Below, piece after piece: positions 41,411 to 50,509 of a stretch of DNA of 64,000 nucleotides. This stretch comes from Oscillospiraceae bacterium (GTDB lineage Bacteria > Bacillota > Clostridia > UBA1212 > SIG427), in assembly GCA_015069135.1 (NCBI GenBank), contig SVJE01000009.1, positions 2,033 to 66,032 of the forward strand, in the 5' to 3' direction. Under the pieces are notes generated by a model, which did no database searches, was not told the origin of the DNA, and was given only the letters and a program-made list of their open reading frames with translations. The position numbers and the translations under genes are program-made. The stretch's first letter is position 1. Each line of letters opens with the position of its first letter.

Positions 41411-41950
41411 TTAATTGCTCCTTATCATTTCTATATTTCTTATTCCGTATAAAACTGCAGATGTAAGCATCATAATCGTGCATAAAAATATACTAATGTC
41501 TGAAATTCTTTCTGGAATATTAAACCATACAATATGTAAAGCCATCATGGAATAAAGAAGTACTGTAGTCAGTTTTCCATGCCATACAGCGCCCATTACT
41601 TTCCCCGTTTTTCTTATAGTAATAAGCCCGGTGATTCCTGCAAAAAGCTCTTTTACAACAAGAATAACCAAAGGAATTTTCATAAAAGAAAATCTTTTAA
41701 CAAGACAAAACATAACCCCTATCTGTGTGAGTTTATCTGCCACAGGATCAAAGGCTTTACCGAAATCACTTACCATGTTAAATTTTCGGGCGATGAAACC
41801 GTCTGCTACATCTGTAATACCTGACAAAACAAGTACCAACAACGTCATAAAATAATTCTCCTCATAACAATAAAGCCATATCATTATCGGTATGAGAAGA
41901 AGTCGTAACAAAGACAGTATATTTGGTATGGTTAATATTTTGTGCTCCAA
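41411..41950 (-). CDS. CDP-alcohol phosphatidyltransferase family protein
   Basis: TIPNILS..R, DVADGFIARK...SDFGKAFDPVADK signature. Confidence 0.92.
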   Translation of the reverse strand: MEHKILTIPNILSLLRLLLIPIMIWLYCYEENYFMTLLVLVLSGITDVADGFIARKFNMVSDFGKAFDPVADKLTQIGVMFCLVKRFSFMKIPLVILVVKELFAGITGLITIRKTGKVMGAVWHGKLTTVLLYSMMALHIVWFNIPERISDISIFLCTIMMLTSAVLYGIRNIEMIRSN

Positions 41951-41985
41951 CTTAGACTACATCTCCTGTTTAAGTTTACAAGAGA

Positions 41986-42030
41986 ATTGTAGGAAACAAT
42001 TTACAACCAAACTTCAACTATACTTCAATT
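41986..42030 (-). promoter_or_regulatory. Candidate OmpR-family response regulator binding site and -10 box
   Basis: Three direct repeats ending CAA at 42004, 42015, 42026 (11-bp period); TACAAT at 41991-41986 without a well-spaced -35. Confidence 0.5.
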
Positions 42031-42042
42031 TTTGTTGATTTT

Positions 42043-43086
42043 TTAGAAAATTATGGTAAAAAGGCAACCGCCATCAAGAACATTCTCTGCCTTTATTTCA
42101 CCACCTGTTATATAAAGAATTCTTTTTACCAAAGATAGCCCAAGACCATTACCTTCCTGTTTATGAGAACTATCTCCTTGGTAAAATTTATCAAAAATAT
42201 GCTTTTTAGCTTCATCAGACAGTCCGGAACCATTGTCTCTCACTGAAAAGAATATTTTACCATCTTGCTTATACAGTCTTATCTGTACTTTACCATTTTT
42301 CGGACTGAACTTAATAGCATTACCTATTACATTATCCCATACATGATGCATTAGATTTTCACTGCCATAAAAATCCACATTTTCCAAATCTATATCAAAT
42401 TCTATGTTTTTTGCACTCCACTCAGGTTCCAAAGCCAGAATAGACTGTCTGATTTGCTCATCCAGCCTGAACATGATTTTATTTGTATTTATTGTTTGGT
42501 TTTCTATTTTTGAAAGCAACAAAATATTTCCTACCAGAGAAGACAGCCTTTTGGTATTAAAAAGAATCTTTTCCACATACTCCTTTTGTTCCGGATCTCC
42601 ACTGTAATCCTGCAACAGTGTGGCGTAGCCCTCTATGGCATTTATAGGGGTTTTAAATTCATGAGATACATTAGAAACAAAATCAGACTGGAGTATTTCC
42701 GTTGCTTCCAGTTCCTGTACCATCATATTAAAACCGGCAAACATTTCCTGCATTTCCAATGAAGATGACTTCGTCTGAAGTCTTACGGTAAAATCTCCTT
42801 CTGAAACCTTCCCCATTCCTTCTCTCAACTTCTTAACAGGATCAAAAAACACTTTCGCAAACAGCCTTGTAGCAATGGCCACAAATATCAGACTGAAAAA
42901 ACCAATCTGAATAAATTCCGGCACTTTATGTAAAACAGGAAACAACCAACCAAGAAGTTGTACAATGCCAAAAGCTATTCCGAAGCTTAGCAAAAGTGCT
43001 ACTGTAACTAAAACTGTAAGTCTGGCCTTAAGGGAAAACTTTATTTTTCTGTTTTTAAACTCATAGAAATGGTCTTTCGCTTTCAT
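42043..43086 (-). CDS. HAMP-domain sensor histidine kinase
   Basis: SNVSHEFKTP H-box, NAIKFS, DNGSG, FDKFYQ, GNGLGL. Confidence 0.95.
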   Translation of the reverse strand: MKAKDHFYEFKNRKIKFSLKARLTVLVTVALLLSFGIAFGIVQLLGWLFPVLHKVPEFIQIGFFSLIFVAIATRLFAKVFFDPVKKLREGMGKVSEGDFTVRLQTKSSSLEMQEMFAGFNMMVQELEATEILQSDFVSNVSHEFKTPINAIEGYATLLQDYSGDPEQKEYVEKILFNTKRLSSLVGNILLLSKIENQTINTNKIMFRLDEQIRQSILALEPEWSAKNIEFDIDLENVDFYGSENLMHHVWDNVIGNAIKFSPKNGKVQIRLYKQDGKIFFSVRDNGSGLSDEAKKHIFDKFYQGDSSHKQEGNGLGLSLVKRILYITGGEIKAENVLDGGCLFTIIF

Positions 43087-43754
43087 ATTTTAACCACCTT
43101 ATAGCCAACACCTCTCATGGTTACTATTTTGAAATCTTCATTTGTACGAAAGCGATCTCTCAGTCTTCCTATATGTACATCAACAGTGTGAGTATCACTG
43201 TCAGATTCATATCCCCACACATCATCCATTAGTTGTTGTCTGGTAAATATTTTACCGGGATAAGAAGCCATTTTGTACAAAAGCATAAATTCCTTCTGAG
43301 GCAGCACCACTGTCTCAGAAGGAGTTTTTACACTGAATGTGTCACACTCTAATATGGTATTTCCCATTGTAATTCTACGATCATTAATCATTTGTGCCCT
43401 TCTTAATAAAGCACCTACTCTAAGTACCATTTCGTTTACATTAACAGGTTTCACCATGTAATCATCGGTTCCGGATAAAAAGCCTAATCGCATATCATCA
43501 AAAGCATCTTTAGCAGTAATCATCATAACCGGAGTAGTATTTCCGGCATCTCTAAGACTTCTCACCAATTCATAACCATCCGTTACCGGCATCATAATAT
43601 CAGATATGATAAGGTCAAAATATTCTTTTTCTATAGCGTCGAGAGCTTCTTTACCATCTGCAACTTCAGTTACTATGTAACCTTGTTTAATAAGCACATG
43701 AGCAAACAGTCTTCTTAATTCGCGATCATCTTCTGCAATCAGTATCTTCAGCAT
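43083..43754 (-). CDS. OmpR-family response regulator
   Basis: IAEDD, DIMMP, ITAK, DDYMVKP, winged-helix TVDVHI.RLR; start trimmed to MLKI. Confidence 0.95.
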   Translation of the reverse strand: MLKILIAEDDRELRRLFAHVLIKQGYIVTEVADGKEALDAIEKEYFDLIISDIMMPVTDGYELVRSLRDAGNTTPVMMITAKDAFDDMRLGFLSGTDDYMVKPVNVNEMVLRVGALLRRAQMINDRRITMGNTILECDTFSVKTPSETVVLPQKEFMLLYKMASYPGKIFTRQQLMDDVWGYESDSDTHTVDVHIGRLRDRFRTNEDFKIVTMRGVGYKVVKI

Positions 43755-43764
43755 AGTTGTCACC

Positions 43765-43813
43765 TTTCATGTTATCTACATGAAATGATACTTGTGACAA
43801 AAAAACATGTCAA
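43765..43813 (-). promoter_or_regulatory. Promoter of two-component operon with downstream palindrome
   Basis: TTGACA-17-TATCAT (43813-43785); TTTCATGT-N5-ACATGAAA at 43765-43785. Confidence 0.6.
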
Positions 43814-45387
43814 GTCAAACCTTTATCTGCAAGAATACTTTCAGCTTTCATTCTGGGGAAAGTTATCTTCCAGATGGATTCGGTTGTTTCCTCTGTTTTA
43901 TAGGTCGAAGCAATTAAATAAAGCTTGTTGCAAACTCGATTATAAACCCAGTCATCCTTATCTGCTTTTTTGTCTGTAAAATCAGTACCCTGTTTCTCAT
44001 CATAATATTCTGCCAGTTTAATCATAGCCGGCACTGCAGCATCTCCCAGTTCATATAAAGATTCCACATCTATAATATCTGTCTTTCCTGAAACATATCT
44101 TTCCACATTGTAATTTGCGATTATATTTTCCACATTGGAAAAGGCCAATCCTCCGAAAGCAACTATCAGAACAAGAACGGAAACAGCAATAACCTTAACT
44201 TTATTTACAAACTGCTTTATTACCAGCAAAACAAAAATCAAAGTCAGTACCAACATAAACCAGGTAGCATAAATTCTCTTCTGAGTAAGTCCGTAAACAT
44301 CAATATACAATACCATTTTAGAAATTGCAGTAGCAATTAAAATCAAAGTAAAAACGGAAAAAACAGTAACCAGTACTTTCTGAATTATACTTGGCTTTGC
44401 AGTTTCGCGGCACATAAACATGGAGATTACAATCAGTATTATAAAATTAATTACAGAAACAGTGCAAAGTTGGAAAAATCCTTCTCTGGCATATTCTGCG
44501 TAAATTGTATCCACCGGTAAAATACCTTTGAATCCCGAAACATAGTATTGCCACTGAGAAATAAAGAAAATTATATAAACAATCAGAACAGGTAGTGTTG
44601 CAGCAATTATTGTACTTACAGGTGCTTTTTTTGCTTTCATTGAAGCATTGCGACAGCTTTCTGCTACCATAATATCTTTTGTTTTATTTTCCACTGAAGA
44701 GAAAAATATTCCATACGCATACATTCCAACAGGAACACCAAATGTAATGCAAAAAATATCAGAGAAAACATCCCAATCTGCAAATATCTTGTCAATTATA
44801 TTACTGAAATTGCTGTCATAAGAAAGCAACACCACAATTACTACTGTAGGTATGATAGCAATAGCCACACCCAACAACACCTTAAGTACAACTTTGCCTC
44901 TACCTTTTTCACTGCTGGAAAAAGCCGCAGGGAATATATACCCTAAAGACATAAAAGGAACGATAAACAGTATTTTAAAGAAGTCTATCAGTATAAGATC
45001 GCTTAACCCTTTTTCGGTCTGATTTCCAAAGGCTATATACATAAAATAGCCATAAGCTAACAGGCAATACATATATGAAAAAAACTGTATTGTAGCATTG
45101 GAAGTAACAACCATTGATGCAGACATGAGCAATGCTGACCCTGCTACCAAATAAGCATTTAAGCCTAAAGTAGCTTTTTTCACCTTAACAACCACAAAAC
45201 TTGTAATAATTAAAGCTACTATAAACAAGAAAGCGCCTAAAGGATTTTCCGCTGCAGAAAAAACCTTACAAAACCCATAACCTATTACAAAGCATAACCA
45301 AGCATAGGCTATTTCAACTTTTGAAAATTTGCGTACAGCTCCCAAGGACTGATGGTTCTCCTCCAGCCAAGTTACGTTATTGTCCAT
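43810..45387 (-). CDS. DUF4173/DUF4153-like multi-pass membrane protein
   Basis: YAEYAREGFFQL, KMVLYIDVYGLT.KR motifs; many TMs. Confidence 0.8.
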   Translation of the reverse strand: MDNNVTWLEENHQSLGAVRKFSKVEIAYAWLCFVIGYGFCKVFSAAENPLGAFLFIVALIITSFVVVKVKKATLGLNAYLVAGSALLMSASMVVTSNATIQFFSYMYCLLAYGYFMYIAFGNQTEKGLSDLILIDFFKILFIVPFMSLGYIFPAAFSSSEKGRGKVVLKVLLGVAIAIIPTVVIVVLLSYDSNFSNIIDKIFADWDVFSDIFCITFGVPVGMYAYGIFFSSVENKTKDIMVAESCRNASMKAKKAPVSTIIAATLPVLIVYIIFFISQWQYYVSGFKGILPVDTIYAEYAREGFFQLCTVSVINFIILIVISMFMCRETAKPSIIQKVLVTVFSVFTLILIATAISKMVLYIDVYGLTQKRIYATWFMLVLTLIFVLLVIKQFVNKVKVIAVSVLVLIVAFGGLAFSNVENIIANYNVERYVSGKTDIIDVESLYELGDAAVPAMIKLAEYYDEKQGTDFTDKKADKDDWVYNRVCNKLYLIASTYKTEETTESIWKITFPRMKAESILADKGLT

Positions 45388-45403
45388 TCTTAACAACTCC
45401 TTT

Positions 45404-45607
45404 TTATTCTTTTATATATTCGATGATATCTTCAACTTTACAGTCAAGTGCTTCACATATGGCTTCTAAAGTTGAGAACCTTATAGCCTTAGCTTTGTTG
45501 TTTTTTAATATAGAAAGATTAGCAAGTGTAATACCTACTTTTTCCGACAATTCATTAAGAGACATTTTTCTTTTTGCCATCATTACATCAAGGTTAATCA
45601 CTATCAT
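45404..45607 (-). CDS. XRE-family HTH regulator (YozG-like)
   Basis: GITLANLSILKNNKAKAIRFSTLEAICEALDC. Confidence 0.92.
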   Translation of the reverse strand: MIVINLDVMMAKRKMSLNELSEKVGITLANLSILKNNKAKAIRFSTLEAICEALDCKVEDIIEYIKE

Positions 45608-45618
45608 ACTCGCACCTC

Positions 45619-46077
45619 TCAGATGGTAAAATCATTTTCTGCTTTTATCCGTGTAGCTTCTTCAATTACATTTTTCACTACTCTTAAACTTATTCCAAAG
45701 AATATACAGGCAAAAGATACAAAGAAGGAAATATAGAAATATATACCCAAAAGTGCGAACACGGGGCAAAGAATCATTGCACACCAGGAAATACATCTTA
45801 TGTATGCAACACTCTTAACTGTGAAAACTTTGCCTTCCTTTACCAGTTTCAAAAGTCTGAACAAAAATACGTCCGCCAAGGCCATAATTAACAAAATCAA
45901 ATAAGCAAGAACAATTATAAAAATTCTTGCACTCTGTGTTTCAACTTTATGAATCAAATCAATAAATATATTTGCCTGTGTTGGCATTATAACTGCACCT
46001 GCTATAAGCACAATGAAAAAGAGCACTGACAAAGCAAGTGAAATCATAACTGATACTTTCGAAGGTATTTTTAACAT
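45619..46077 (-). CDS. DUF2975-like membrane protein
   Basis: 4 TM, VFT..SV..IR.I, C-terminal KAENDFTI; directly upstream of YozG-like gene. Confidence 0.85.
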   Translation of the reverse strand: MLKIPSKVSVMISLALSVLFFIVLIAGAVIMPTQANIFIDLIHKVETQSARIFIIVLAYLILLIMALADVFLFRLLKLVKEGKVFTVKSVAYIRCISWCAMILCPVFALLGIYFYISFFVSFACIFFGISLRVVKNVIEEATRIKAENDFTI

Positions 46078-46144
46078 ATAGATTACCGCCTTTTGTATTT
46101 TCACGACTATAATATACCATCTTTTTTTGTTTGTCAATACTTTT

Positions 46145-46161
46145 TTATTGTTTTTCGATAA
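46145..46161. promoter_or_regulatory. Candidate operator of the DUF2975-HTH operon
   Basis: Palindrome TTATTG-N5-CGATAA just upstream of a TTGACA -35 on minus strand. Confidence 0.5.
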
Positions 46162-46165
46162 ATTT

Positions 46166-46903
46166 TTATTTATTTACATATTCAACAAAGTCCTGACGAC
46201 TTCCATTGAAGACATTCATGTCAATATATTTTTCCTCTCCGTTATAGCCACCCAAAGTTTCTCTGTTAGTATACTGCCAGAATGTCCACTTCTTTCCATC
46301 GGACAGTTTAGGTTTTGCCACCACATCTCTTATCCATATATCGTACTCTTTATAATCTTCCGAAAAAAACTTCTCATAAAAATCTTCTGTAGTATAAATT
46401 ATCGGCTTTTTATTGTAATGGTTCTCAAGAATATCTAACATAGATTTAAGCTCTTTTGAAAGATTCTCTCTGGTAGGAGTGTTTTTACTTTTGTAGTACT
46501 CCACATCTATCACCGGCGGCAACATGTCATCATAGCCTTCAACAGTATTTATAAAGTTCTCTGCCTGTGTCTCACCGGCACTGTCAAAACTGAAAAAGTG
46601 ATATGCACCTGCATAAAGTTTTGTTTTTCTTGCTTCTTCATAGTTGTAGTCAAAACATATATCTTTGTGACTACTTCCTTCAGTAGCTTTTATAAATGCA
46701 AAATCAATGCCTTGGGAAGCCAAAACTTGCCAATCAATTTTACCCTGATAGCGGGAAACATCCACACCTCTTACCGGGTACTTATTCCTTGATGGATTAT
46801 TAAGCTGAATTACGCCATTCCACAATAATACAGCCAATACGCCGCCACATACCGCTAAAGCAGTAAAAACAATAAGCAATTTAAGCCACAGTTTCTTTTT
46901 CAC
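46166..46903 (-). CDS. GH25 family lysozyme/muramidase, membrane anchored
   Basis: GVDVSRYQG.IDW, FIKATEG, GAYHFF, PPVIDVE, WTFWQY, IDMN. Confidence 0.92.
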   Translation of the reverse strand: MKKKLWLKLLIVFTALAVCGGVLAVLLWNGVIQLNNPSRNKYPVRGVDVSRYQGKIDWQVLASQGIDFAFIKATEGSSHKDICFDYNYEEARKTKLYAGAYHFFSFDSAGETQAENFINTVEGYDDMLPPVIDVEYYKSKNTPTRENLSKELKSMLDILENHYNKKPIIYTTEDFYEKFFSEDYKEYDIWIRDVVAKPKLSDGKKWTFWQYTNRETLGGYNGEEKYIDMNVFNGSRQDFVEYVNK

Positions 46904-46905
46904 AT

Positions 46906-48297
46906 TCAATTCTCCTTCCGGTTTAAAGGATTCCATTTCCCTCTTACAAAAGTAATAAGATACATAACAAACAGCAATAGATTATGTGCAATCATACAGG
47001 CCCAGGCAGAAATCAAATCCAGACCCAATAAGTTTATGCATATAAATGTGCCTATAATACGAATGCCCCACATACCTATAACATTATAAACAAAAGGCTG
47101 TCTAGTCTTTCCTACTCCCTGCATCATACCCTCAATTACAATAGGAAGTCCATAAAAAGGTTCTGATACTGCCACCATTCTTAATACCGTTATACCCAAA
47201 GTCATAACTTCTTTGTTATCTGCAAAGAGACTTACAAGCCAAGGAGCCATAAAGAAAAGAGCAGCCCCTGATAATGTCATTAATATTATCTCTATAGGCA
47301 AAAACATATTTGCTATAGATTTCATTCGCTTGTTATCTTTTGCTCCGTATGCATTTCCGGTCAGTGTGGCTGCCGCAGCCTGCATTCCGTATCCCGGAAT
47401 GTAAAATGCTGACTCTACTGTATTAGCCACTGTGTGGGCCGCTGTGGATACCTCTCCTAAAGAATTAATCATAGCCGCGAAGGCAACATAGCCCAAAGTG
47501 GTGGCAAAACGCTGTAACATATTAGGAAGTGCTATTCTTAGACAGGGCTTTAATATGGTTTTATCAGGTTTTAAAGAGTATCCCTTAGGTGAAACCATTT
47601 TATGATTCCATAGAGCTACTGTAATCAATATACCACCAACAAAAAATGCTATGGCACTGGCTGTTGCCGCTCCAATTACACCAAAACCTGCTCCGGGTAT
47701 TGTAACGAGAGCTGAAAAACATTTTACCGTTCGGGTTTCATATATAAGGAAGAAGTTCAATACCACGTTTATAACATTTACCAAAGCCCCAACTTTCATA
47801 GGTGTTTTAGTATCGCCTGCAGCTCTTAACACTGTGCCAAAAATAGCAGTAGCAGCCCTTGGCAGCATTGGCATATATAATATAAAAAAGTATTGGGACG
47901 TTATAATTCTGATATTGGGGTCCACCTGCATAAGAGTTGGTATGTAGGGACTTACGCTCAATAGAATAATAGTAAATAAAACCCCTGATATAAGAGTCAC
48001 AAGTACTGATTGAGCTGTAGTTTTTTTAGCACTTTCCCTATCTCCTGCACCACATGCTTTGGCAATGTAAGAAAGAAAACCTATACCTAATGCCGTAGTT
48101 GTACTATTAACAAGCCAACCTAATGTGGTTGTAGCACCCACTGCCGCAGTGGCATAGGTACCTAAACTTCCCACCATTGCAGTATCTATATATTGAACCG
48201 CTGTTTGCATAACCTGCTCTAAAATAGTAGGCCAGGCCAGGGATAAAATTATACCAATAGTGGTCCATTTGCTTTTTTCAGTAAAATTTTTATTCAT
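46906..48297 (-). CDS. MATE family efflux transporter
   Basis: DTAMVG.LG, LRAAGDTKTPM, GAATA, 12 TM. Confidence 0.92.
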   Translation of the reverse strand: MNKNFTEKSKWTTIGIILSLAWPTILEQVMQTAVQYIDTAMVGSLGTYATAAVGATTTLGWLVNSTTTALGIGFLSYIAKACGAGDRESAKKTTAQSVLVTLISGVLFTIILLSVSPYIPTLMQVDPNIRIITSQYFFILYMPMLPRAATAIFGTVLRAAGDTKTPMKVGALVNVINVVLNFFLIYETRTVKCFSALVTIPGAGFGVIGAATASAIAFFVGGILITVALWNHKMVSPKGYSLKPDKTILKPCLRIALPNMLQRFATTLGYVAFAAMINSLGEVSTAAHTVANTVESAFYIPGYGMQAAAATLTGNAYGAKDNKRMKSIANMFLPIEIILMTLSGAALFFMAPWLVSLFADNKEVMTLGITVLRMVAVSEPFYGLPIVIEGMMQGVGKTRQPFVYNVIGMWGIRIIGTFICINLLGLDLISAWACMIAHNLLLFVMYLITFVRGKWNPLNRKEN

Positions 48298-48319
48298 GTG
48301 CTTAATTATACAGGATTTT

Positions 48320-48540
48320 TTACACTGACAAAAGTCTTTGTTTTTTAATTTTTGTCAGTAATTACACTGACTTGTATTCCAACATTTCATTGTTTAGCAG
48401 TGTAAAATCCGGAAAAACATAAATATTTAAGAGTTTTAAGGCTGTTTGGAATCAATTTACACTGACAAAGTTTTTACATCTAAGTTAAATATCAGTGTAA
48501 TTACTGACAAATCAATGCAAAAAACACAAAATAGCAGTAA
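48320..48540. repeat. Intergenic palindrome array C (4 units, core ACTGAC..CAGT)
   Basis: ACTG..CAGT spans 48324-48359, 48366-48401, 48461-48496, 48503-48538, all 36 bp; gaps 6, 59, 6. Confidence 0.9.
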
Positions 48541-48546
48541 CAACTT

Positions 48547-49677
48547 TTACACACCGGAAACTATTTTTACCAAAAACATCACACCCAGCAATAGAATCAA
48601 AAAACCATAATTAAATGCTGAAAACAAAAAAACATAGTGCCTTGATTTACCGGGATTATGACTCATATATTCACGATATGTAATCAAACTGGCAAGAGAA
48701 GCTATAAGACTTCCTACTCCACCAATGTTAACACCAATAAGCAAATCCCTATAATTTTCAGTAAACTGTGATAGCAACACTGCAGATGGTACGTTACTTA
48801 TAACCTGGCAAGACAAAGTACTGAACAATAACGTACTCTTATTAAGTAAAAACGAAAACACATCCCTTACCACATCAATACGGCTCATATTGCCGGCAAA
48901 CACAAAGAAAAACACAAATGTAAGCAACAGCGGGTAATCCACCATTTTGAGGGCCCGCCAGTCCATGAATAAAAGCACAACAGGAATCACAATCAAGCCT
49001 ACTCCATATGGAATACCTCTGAATACAATTGCAATTGATAAAGCAAAAAGGATCAGATATATAATAGTTCTTGCCGGCGGAAGTTTTCTTTCTATAGGAT
49101 TTATCTCTAATGCGTCCTTTTTCACAAAAACAAAGCAACACACTGTTATCAATAACACTGACACTGCAAAAGGAATTACCATTATTCCCATAAAGTCCAT
49201 AGTGGGAATGTTAAATTTCGTATAAAGATAAAGATTCTGTGGATTTCCGAAAGGTGTCAACATCCCACCTAAGTTAGCTGCAATATTTTGCATAATAAAG
49301 GTAAAAGCCATGTATTTTTCTTTTTGGGTAGAACTTAAGACAAAATATCCCAAAGGCAGAAAAGTCAAAAGCGCCATATCATTGGCAATAAGCATGGATC
49401 CTATAAAAGTTATGTACACCAAAGCAAGAATGCTCATACGTGCATTTTTAAAACATTTTACAATTTTCTGTGCAATCAGATAGAAGAATCTTATATTTTT
49501 AAGAGCACACACCACTGCCAATACGCAAAAAAGGCAGGTCAGCGTCTTAAAATCAAAATAGCCTAAATACTCCCTGTCAGGTGGTACGAAAAACATGGTT
49601 ACGATCGCAGCCAGAAAGGCTATACACATTACCACGTTGGTTTTTATAAAGTTTTTGATAAAATTCAAAAATTTCAT
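48547..49677 (-). CDS. Ion-transporter superfamily anion permease (CitMHS/SLC13/ArsB-like)
   Basis: SMLIAND, AANLGGMLTPFGNPQNLYL, ISNVP, NIGG.G.LIASLA. Confidence 0.82.
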   Translation of the reverse strand: MKFLNFIKNFIKTNVVMCIAFLAAIVTMFFVPPDREYLGYFDFKTLTCLFCVLAVVCALKNIRFFYLIAQKIVKCFKNARMSILALVYITFIGSMLIANDMALLTFLPLGYFVLSSTQKEKYMAFTFIMQNIAANLGGMLTPFGNPQNLYLYTKFNIPTMDFMGIMVIPFAVSVLLITVCCFVFVKKDALEINPIERKLPPARTIIYLILFALSIAIVFRGIPYGVGLIVIPVVLLFMDWRALKMVDYPLLLTFVFFFVFAGNMSRIDVVRDVFSFLLNKSTLLFSTLSCQVISNVPSAVLLSQFTENYRDLLIGVNIGGVGSLIASLASLITYREYMSHNPGKSRHYVFLFSAFNYGFLILLLGVMFLVKIVSGV

Positions 49678-50456
49678 TTCCACAAATTCTCCGGGATTTC
49701 TCTATGTTCTAAAAATATATCACTTTCTGCCCCAAGGAAGATTTTCAGAATTAAATCACGGCATTTACCGGCATCCACTACTCTTACGATAGCATCTCCT
49801 ATTTTACCGAAATACTGACAACCCATTTCAGTCAGAGGCCTATCAAAATTGGTAAAATACTGAGACACATCATCAGTCTCTGTACAATAGTGTGGTCTGT
49901 TTCTCACCCATTCTTCCTTACCGTGGGAATTTATAATTTTAACTTCATAAGCTTCTCCAATACGATTTGGAAGTTTCGCTCTTTCTTCCACAGAATGTAT
50001 AAAAGTATTTTTGTTATTGCCAACACCAATAAGTAAAATCTTAGCACCAATATCTCCCAGCTTATCCCAGAAATATCCTACTGCTCCCGGGGTATGAGCA
50101 TATTCCTCATTTTTAGTAAGCTCCTCAGCCATTTTACCATGCACCCATACAGAGTGCGTAGGATGAAGAGATCTTATGCCATCTTTACGGAAAGCTGCAG
50201 TACGTGGCACTACACCAATATTAGGAACAGTCTTTCTTACATCAAAAACATTGTTATCTTTATTAATAACACCCCATGTATGGGTAGGTACTATAAAAGT
50301 ACCCTCTGATAAATATTCGCAAAAAACATCAATAAAACCATCAGGACCCTCTTCTACGTCTCCCACTGCTTTGAAAGATGTGTGAATCAGTACTATGTCG
50401 TTTGGTAAAATTCCCAGTTCTTTAAGTTGTTTTTTAATTTCTGTCTTAGTAATCAT
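49674..50456 (-). CDS. AAC(3)-family N-acetyltransferase
   Basis: VLIHTSFKAVG, VPTHTW, RSLHPTHS, ILLIGVG...NTFIH..EE; start trimmed to MITK. Confidence 0.88.
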   Translation of the reverse strand: MITKTEIKKQLKELGILPNDIVLIHTSFKAVGDVEEGPDGFIDVFCEYLSEGTFIVPTHTWGVINKDNNVFDVRKTVPNIGVVPRTAAFRKDGIRSLHPTHSVWVHGKMAEELTKNEEYAHTPGAVGYFWDKLGDIGAKILLIGVGNNKNTFIHSVEERAKLPNRIGEAYEVKIINSHGKEEWVRNRPHYCTETDDVSQYFTNFDRPLTEMGCQYFGKIGDAIVRVVDAGKCRDLILKIFLGAESDIFLEHREIPENLWK

Positions 50457-50509
50457 AACAGCAGTAATTATGCCACAAAGAAGACATGGGTGCAATAACC
50501 GCGGTGGAA

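Noticed and set aside
46166-46903. GH25 lysozyme as a phage endolysin
   Set aside because: Has an N-terminal membrane anchor and no holin or phage genes nearby
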